Shown here: piece by piece, positions 59,934 through 64,000 of the stretch
Position numbering within the stretch: position 1 is the first letter of the stretch
How the letters are laid out: each line of letters begins with the position of its first letter
Origin: an uncultured Actinomycetes bacterium
GTDB lineage: Bacteria; Actinomycetota; UBA4738; HRBIN12
Length of the DNA stretch: 64,000 nucleotides
Assembly (NCBI GenBank): GCA_963825635.1
Contig: CAWGTU010000002.1
Span: 58,638 to 122,637 of the forward strand
Reading direction: 5' to 3'
Made by a program: the position numbers and the translations under genes
The notes under the pieces: model-generated
Seen by the model: only the letters and a program-made list of their open reading frames with translations
The model's database searches: none
Told to the model about the DNA's origin: nothing

Positions 59934-60716
59934 TCAGATGCGCGCAGAGGTGAAGGAGAGGATCGAGCAGTCCTCGGCGCCGGCGACCCAGACGGAGAGG
60001 AGGTCGGGGGGCGTGTCGGCGTCTGGGCTCTCCAGCACGTAGGCGATGAACGCCGGTGTGCCCTCGAACGTCGCTTCCTGCACGCGCACGATCCGGCCGG
60101 GGAAGCCGGGGAACGCCTGTTCGAGGCAGCTCACGGCTCGCGCCGTTCGGGCCGGTCCGGCCGTCCGGGCCTGATCGGGAGCGGTCGCCTCGGCGCCGAC
60201 CGCTCCCTGACCCGCATCGACCTCCACGTCGGGCGCCACGGCCCGGGCGTAGGAGGCGGCCAACGCGGTCGCCGCCTCCTGCAGCGCGAGCTCGTCGAGA
60301 TCCTCGTCGAGGAGCTCGAGCCGCGGGGGCGCGTTCGTCTGATCGGAGCCGGCCTCCGCGACGCCGTCGGCCGCCACACCGGCGTCGTCCGAGCCGGTCC
60401 CGAGCCGGGGGACGACGAGCACCACGAGCGCCACGACCGCGGCCGCAGCGAGCGCCGGGACGATCTTCGACCATGGCGTCCCTGCCGAGGGCCCAGGGGC
60501 CGCGACTCGCCCGAGCTGCCCGGGGGTGAACCGGGCGGAGAGGTCGGGGCTCCTCGGCTCCGGCATCGCTCGCAGGGCGGTGCGGGCCCCGGCGGCGGCT
60601 TCGACCTCTCCGCGGCACCGGGCGCAGGAACGCAGATGCTCGTCGACCACGGCACGCTCGGCGGTGTCGAGGGTGCCGTCGACGAACGGGGCAAGCTGAT
60701 CGAGGGGGTGCGTCAC
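59934..60716 (-). CDS. anti-sigma factor (zinc-finger, single TM)
   Basis: N-terminal HLRSCARCRGE (HxxxCxxC) anti-sigma domain, a TM segment (ALAAAAVVALVVLVV) and an ATGA overlap with the upstream ECF sigma gene. Confidence 0.65.
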   Translation of the reverse strand: MTHPLDQLAPFVDGTLDTAERAVVDEHLRSCARCRGEVEAAAGARTALRAMPEPRSPDLSARFTPGQLGRVAAPGPSAGTPWSKIVPALAAAAVVALVVLVVPRLGTGSDDAGVAADGVAEAGSDQTNAPPRLELLDEDLDELALQEAATALAASYARAVAPDVEVDAGQGAVGAEATAPDQARTAGPARTARAVSCLEQAFPGFPGRIVRVQEATFEGTPAFIAYVLESPDADTPPDLLSVWVAGAEDCSILSFTSARI

Positions 60717-61330
60717 GGTTCCTGCTCCGACGTCGGTGGACGGCCGAGCGGTTCCCGGGCGGCGGGCCCGATGCCGAGGGCAGCCGCGAGTGCGAGGCGC
60801 CCGCGGTGCACTCGCGACTTCACGGTGCCGATCGGCACCTCGAGCACCTGCGCGATCTGGTCGTACGCCATGTCCTGCACGTCGGCAAGGACCAGCGCGA
60901 TGCGGAACTCCTCGGGGATCGAGGCCAACGCCGCGGCTGCGTCGCGCGTGCCCGCGACCTCGTCGGCGTGGTCCAGCGTCGGGGGTCCGGGCTCGTGCTC
61001 GAGGTCGTCGTCGGTCACGGTGTGCAGCATCGGCCGGCGGCGCTTCCTGCGCAGCTCGTCGTAGCAGGCGTTCACCGTGACGCGGTGCAGCCAGGTCGTG
61101 AACGCGGCGTCGCCCCGGAAGCCGTCGAGCTTGCGGAGCACGGTCAGGAAGGTGTCCTGGGCGACGTCGGCCGCGGCGTCGGCATCGCCCAGCACGCGCA
61201 GGCAGATCGAGTACACCCGCTGCTGGTGCCGCAGGACGAGGTCGGTGAAGGCCTCGGCCTCGCCCGCTCGGAAACGCCGCACGAGATCCTCGTCGCGCTC
61301 GACCTCGGTCACGGCTCGAACGCTATACAC
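60713..61330 (-). CDS. ECF (sigma-70 family group 4) RNA polymerase sigma factor, SigM-like by position
   Basis: Sigma-70 regions 2 and 4 (…FLTVLRKLDGFRG…, …DQIAQVLEVPIGTVKSRVHRGR…). Confidence 0.85.
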   Translation of the reverse strand: MYSVRAVTEVERDEDLVRRFRAGEAEAFTDLVLRHQQRVYSICLRVLGDADAAADVAQDTFLTVLRKLDGFRGDAAFTTWLHRVTVNACYDELRRKRRRPMLHTVTDDDLEHEPGPPTLDHADEVAGTRDAAAALASIPEEFRIALVLADVQDMAYDQIAQVLEVPIGTVKSRVHRGRLALAAALGIGPAAREPLGRPPTSEQEP

Positions 61331-61751
61331 CCGAGGGGCCGTTGGCCTCCGTCACGACGACCTGCGTGTACTTCTCGGTCGCACCGAATCGCCCAGCGAG
61401 CATCGTGTCGGCGGTGGCGCGAAGAGTGATGCTGACACGGCCGGTATCCTCGTCGACCCGACACCCGGATCTCCCGAGCTTCAGGGCAGGGGCCTGGGCC
61501 TCGATGCTGAGCGCCGCGGCCTCGCAGGCCCTGGTCGGGCTCCGTCCCTGGGAACGGAAGGCCTCCGCGCCGTCACTCGCGGCATCGGTCGCGACCTCGG
61601 AGAGACGCAGAGTCGTGCGGCCGATCGACACGGCGTCGACGACCACCACCGCGAGCATGGCGAGGAGCAGCAGCCAGATCACCGCTGCCTTGCCGACCAT
61701 GCCGGCCTCGCCGGCACGGTCGACGTCGATGTGGTGGAGCGAGCCAGTCAT
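61323..61751 (-). CDS. membrane-anchored hypothetical protein
   Basis: 142 aa. Its ATG overlaps the murJ stop (ATGA). It has a single TM helix (AVIWLLLLAMLAVVVV). Confidence 0.4.
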   Translation of the reverse strand: MTGSLHHIDVDRAGEAGMVGKAAVIWLLLLAMLAVVVVDAVSIGRTTLRLSEVATDAASDGAEAFRSQGRSPTRACEAAALSIEAQAPALKLGRSGCRVDEDTGRVSITLRATADTMLAGRFGATEKYTQVVVTEANGPSGV

Positions 61752-63382
61752 CCGCGGAACCTCCTGCGTACCGCGCCGATCACTTCATCGACCTCTTCCA
61801 TGCCCAACATGAGTGCCGCGAGCAGATACGCACCGATCCCCGCGGCCACGGCGAGCCCCACCTGGACGAGCCGCCCGACCACGAGCTGGGTGTCGACCGT
61901 GGCGCCGAGGCCGGTCGCGACGAGCCACGCGATGCCGGCCGTGATCGCGGCCGCCGGAACCGCTCGTGCGATCGTGCCGCTCACGCGTCGCCCGTCGAGC
62001 GAGTCGAGCTTCGGGCGCAGCAGGGCAAGCCCAACGGCGCTCGCGAACACGTACGACACCGCGTGCCCCAACGCGAGCGCCGGGACGTCCCATCCGACCG
62101 TGAGCACGAGCGCGACGTCGACGACGACGGTGACGATCGCCGCTCCGATGTTGATCAGCGCGGGCGTCCGGCTGTCCTGCGTCGCGTAGAAGGTGCGGGT
62201 GATCAGCTGGAAAGCTGAGAAGAACGGCAGCCCGACCGCGAAGCCCTGCAGCGTGCGGGCGATCAACGGGACGTCCTCTTCCTGCACCCACCCGTACTCG
62301 AGCAGCAACGAGACGATCGGCTCCGCCAGCGCGATGAAGGCGAACGATGCGGGCACGATCACGACGATCGTGTCGCGAAGTCCGAGCGAGAAACGATCGC
62401 GCACCCCGTCGACGTCGCGGTCCGTCCAACGCTCGGCCATCGCGGGGAGCAGCGCCGTGAAGATCGAGACCGCGAAGATCGAGTGAGGCAACAGGAAGAT
62501 GATGAACGCGGTGGCGTAGATCTGGTAGCAGGCGTCGCAGATGCCTCCCGCCAAGATGATGATCGCGACGTAGGCGAGCTGGTTCGCGGCGACGTAGACG
62601 ACGACCCACCCGGAGAGCCGGACGATGCGTCGGATGCCCGGGTGGCCCCACCCGCCGGCGAAGCGCCACCGGAAGCCGGTTGCGCGCAGCGACGGCCAGA
62701 GCGCCACGGTCATCGCGACGACGCCGAGCGTGGTGCCGGCGCCGAGCACGGTCTTCTCCAGCCACGTGATGTCTGCGACCGAGGGCTCGGCGGTCGCGCG
62801 GAGCATCGCGAAGGCTGCGAACGTGGCGATCGCGACGAGGTTGTTGAGGATCGGCGCGAACATAGGGGCGGCGAACCGGCGCTCGGTGTTCAGCAGTCCG
62901 GAGGCGATCGCCCCGATGCCGTAGAAGACGATCTGCGGCATGAACCAACGGAGCAGGAACACGCCGAGCTCGATCTGAGCCTCTCGGTCGGCGGCGTCGG
63001 AGGCCACGAGGTACAGGCGCATGATCTGCGGCGCGAACACGACGCCGAGGATCGCCACCGCGGACAGCAGCACCAGTGCCAGGGTGAGGACGCGCCTGCC
63101 GAGGTCGAAGGCGGCCTCCCGCCCGCTCCGCCGTTGGTGATCGACGAACACCGGCACGAACACCGAGGTCAGGATGCCTCCGAGGATCAGCTCGTACACG
63201 ATGTTCGGCGTGGTGTTGGCCTGCGTGTAGACGTTGCCGAGCGGTGCGATCGTCACGCCGAGGGCCGCGGTCTGCGCCGCGATGCGCACGTAGCCGGTCA
63301 GGCGCGACAGGGTCGTGCCGACCGTCATGAGCGCGGTGTTCCGAACGTAGGCGCCCGTGGTGTCGGCGGGGATCCCTTCCAC
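61748..63382 (-). CDS. murJ: lipid II flippase MurJ (MviN)
   Basis: The N-terminus …ALMTVGTTLSRLTGYVR aligns to MurJ (MTMFSRVLGFAR) and the protein has about 14 TM helices. GTG 63382 was chosen as start. It lacks the long C-terminal extension of mycobacterial MviN. Confidence 0.8.
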   Translation of the reverse strand: MEGIPADTTGAYVRNTALMTVGTTLSRLTGYVRIAAQTAALGVTIAPLGNVYTQANTTPNIVYELILGGILTSVFVPVFVDHQRRSGREAAFDLGRRVLTLALVLLSAVAILGVVFAPQIMRLYLVASDAADREAQIELGVFLLRWFMPQIVFYGIGAIASGLLNTERRFAAPMFAPILNNLVAIATFAAFAMLRATAEPSVADITWLEKTVLGAGTTLGVVAMTVALWPSLRATGFRWRFAGGWGHPGIRRIVRLSGWVVVYVAANQLAYVAIIILAGGICDACYQIYATAFIIFLLPHSIFAVSIFTALLPAMAERWTDRDVDGVRDRFSLGLRDTIVVIVPASFAFIALAEPIVSLLLEYGWVQEEDVPLIARTLQGFAVGLPFFSAFQLITRTFYATQDSRTPALINIGAAIVTVVVDVALVLTVGWDVPALALGHAVSYVFASAVGLALLRPKLDSLDGRRVSGTIARAVPAAAITAGIAWLVATGLGATVDTQLVVGRLVQVGLAVAAGIGAYLLAALMLGMEEVDEVIGAVRRRFRG

Positions 63383-63399
63383 CGGTTCGGGATCGGGGG

Positions 63400-64000
63400 T
63401 CAGGGCCTCGGTCGTCGGACCAACCTCCTCGACCAGAGCAGTACCAGCACCACGCCGGCACCCACGGTGATCCACAACGCCACGCTGTTCACCGCCGTGG
63501 TGCGGACGGCGAGGTTCTGGTCCTCCCCGAGGACGCGGCCCGACGGAGCCCGGGTCTTCACCCGGATCGTCTGCGGTCCTCCGGCCTTGGCGACCACGTC
63601 GAAGGTGACGATCTCGTCGGGCCCCTCGATCGTCACGGTCTGCTGCGCGCCGTCGGGGAACTCGAACGAAGCCGAACGCAGCACGACCTGCACGGTGAGC
63701 GGCGCGTCGCCCGGGTCGCCCATCCGCAGTGGGATCGACCCCTCGCGCGAGGTCAGCAGGAACTCCTGCTCGACGTCGGGCAGCACGCTCTGGAAGATCG
63801 AGCCGGTGACGGAGTTGACCTGGTCGTACCACCGGCGTCCCGCGATCGTGTCGGCCACGTACTCGCCCGCCTCGGCATAGAGCAGATCTCGATCGAGCCG
63901 CGCCGGCTGGGGACTTGGACCCGCGAGCATCGAGCGGTAGGCGGAAACGTTGCGCCGCTGATCACGGATCGCCTCGACGTACTCGCGGGGGAACCGTGCC
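63400..64000 (-). CDS. conserved hypothetical protein, C-terminal part (partial; continues past window end), Rv3909-like by position
   Basis: The frame is open to the window edge with no stop between 63930 and 64000. The C-terminus carries a TM anchor (ALWITVGAGVVLVLLW). Confidence 0.45.
   Translation of the reverse strand, partial: ARFPREYVEAIRDQRRNVSAYRSMLAGPSPQPARLDRDLLYAEAGEYVADTIAGRRWYDQVNSVTGSIFQSVLPDVEQEFLLTSREGSIPLRMGDPGDAPLTVQVVLRSASFEFPDGAQQTVTIEGPDEIVTFDVVAKAGGPQTIRVKTRAPSGRVLGEDQNLAVRTTAVNSVALWITVGAGVVLVLLWSRRLVRRPRP

Overview
This is a high-GC actinobacterial chromosome segment whose right half (about 39.3–64 kb) is the canonical replication-origin neighbourhood. On the minus strand it carries gyrA, gyrB, a DUF721 (dciA-like) gene, recF, dnaN, a DnaA-box-rich oriC and dnaA. 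Divergent from dnaA on the plus strand are rpmH-rnpA-yidD-yidC-jag-rsmG-parA-parB. These are followed on the minus strand by a ddl homologue, an aminotransferase, an LLM oxidoreductase, a CwlM-like amidase, trxA-trxB, an anti-sigma/ECF-sigma pair, murJ and a partial Rv3909-like gene. The gene order matches the Mycobacterium-type origin region (Rv0007 to ileT/alaT to crgA on one side, rpmH to parB to cwlM to sigM to mviN on the other) but with several insertions. The left half is accessory-looking. It holds ctaD, a small subunit and ctaE of a haem-copper oxidase; a fadD-GNAT-HAD operon; a lipoprotein; a heterodimeric ABC exporter pair plus a penicillin-acylase-family Ntn hydrolase; crgA; gdhA; and an operon of an orphan xanthine-dehydrogenase-family Mo subunit, an S9 peptidase and an NmrA-like protein. 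It also holds tandem PQQ-type sugar dehydrogenase paralogues, a set of three peptidoglycan metallopeptidase genes (two M23 paralogues, one M15) and a Bax-inhibitor-1-family protein. tRNA-Ala(TGC) and tRNA-Ile(GAT) are adjacent in mycobacteria but here are separated by a roughly 10 kb block. The most interesting part of that block is a five-gene operon: a 7x23-aa repeat protein, a MauD-like thioredoxin, a Tat-exported 10-cysteine small protein and a MauE-like membrane protein, with no amine dehydrogenase heavy chain nearby. Other notable points are a DnaA-box/direct-repeat cluster downstream of crgA, an 18-bp perfect palindrome at the rsmG start codon, and two CATG head-to-head start-codon overlaps. 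Three probable single-nucleotide frameshifts lie in G/C runs (a GNAT gene, a serine hydrolase and the parA tail). The very many long antisense ORFs are GC-rich shadow frames and were not called.
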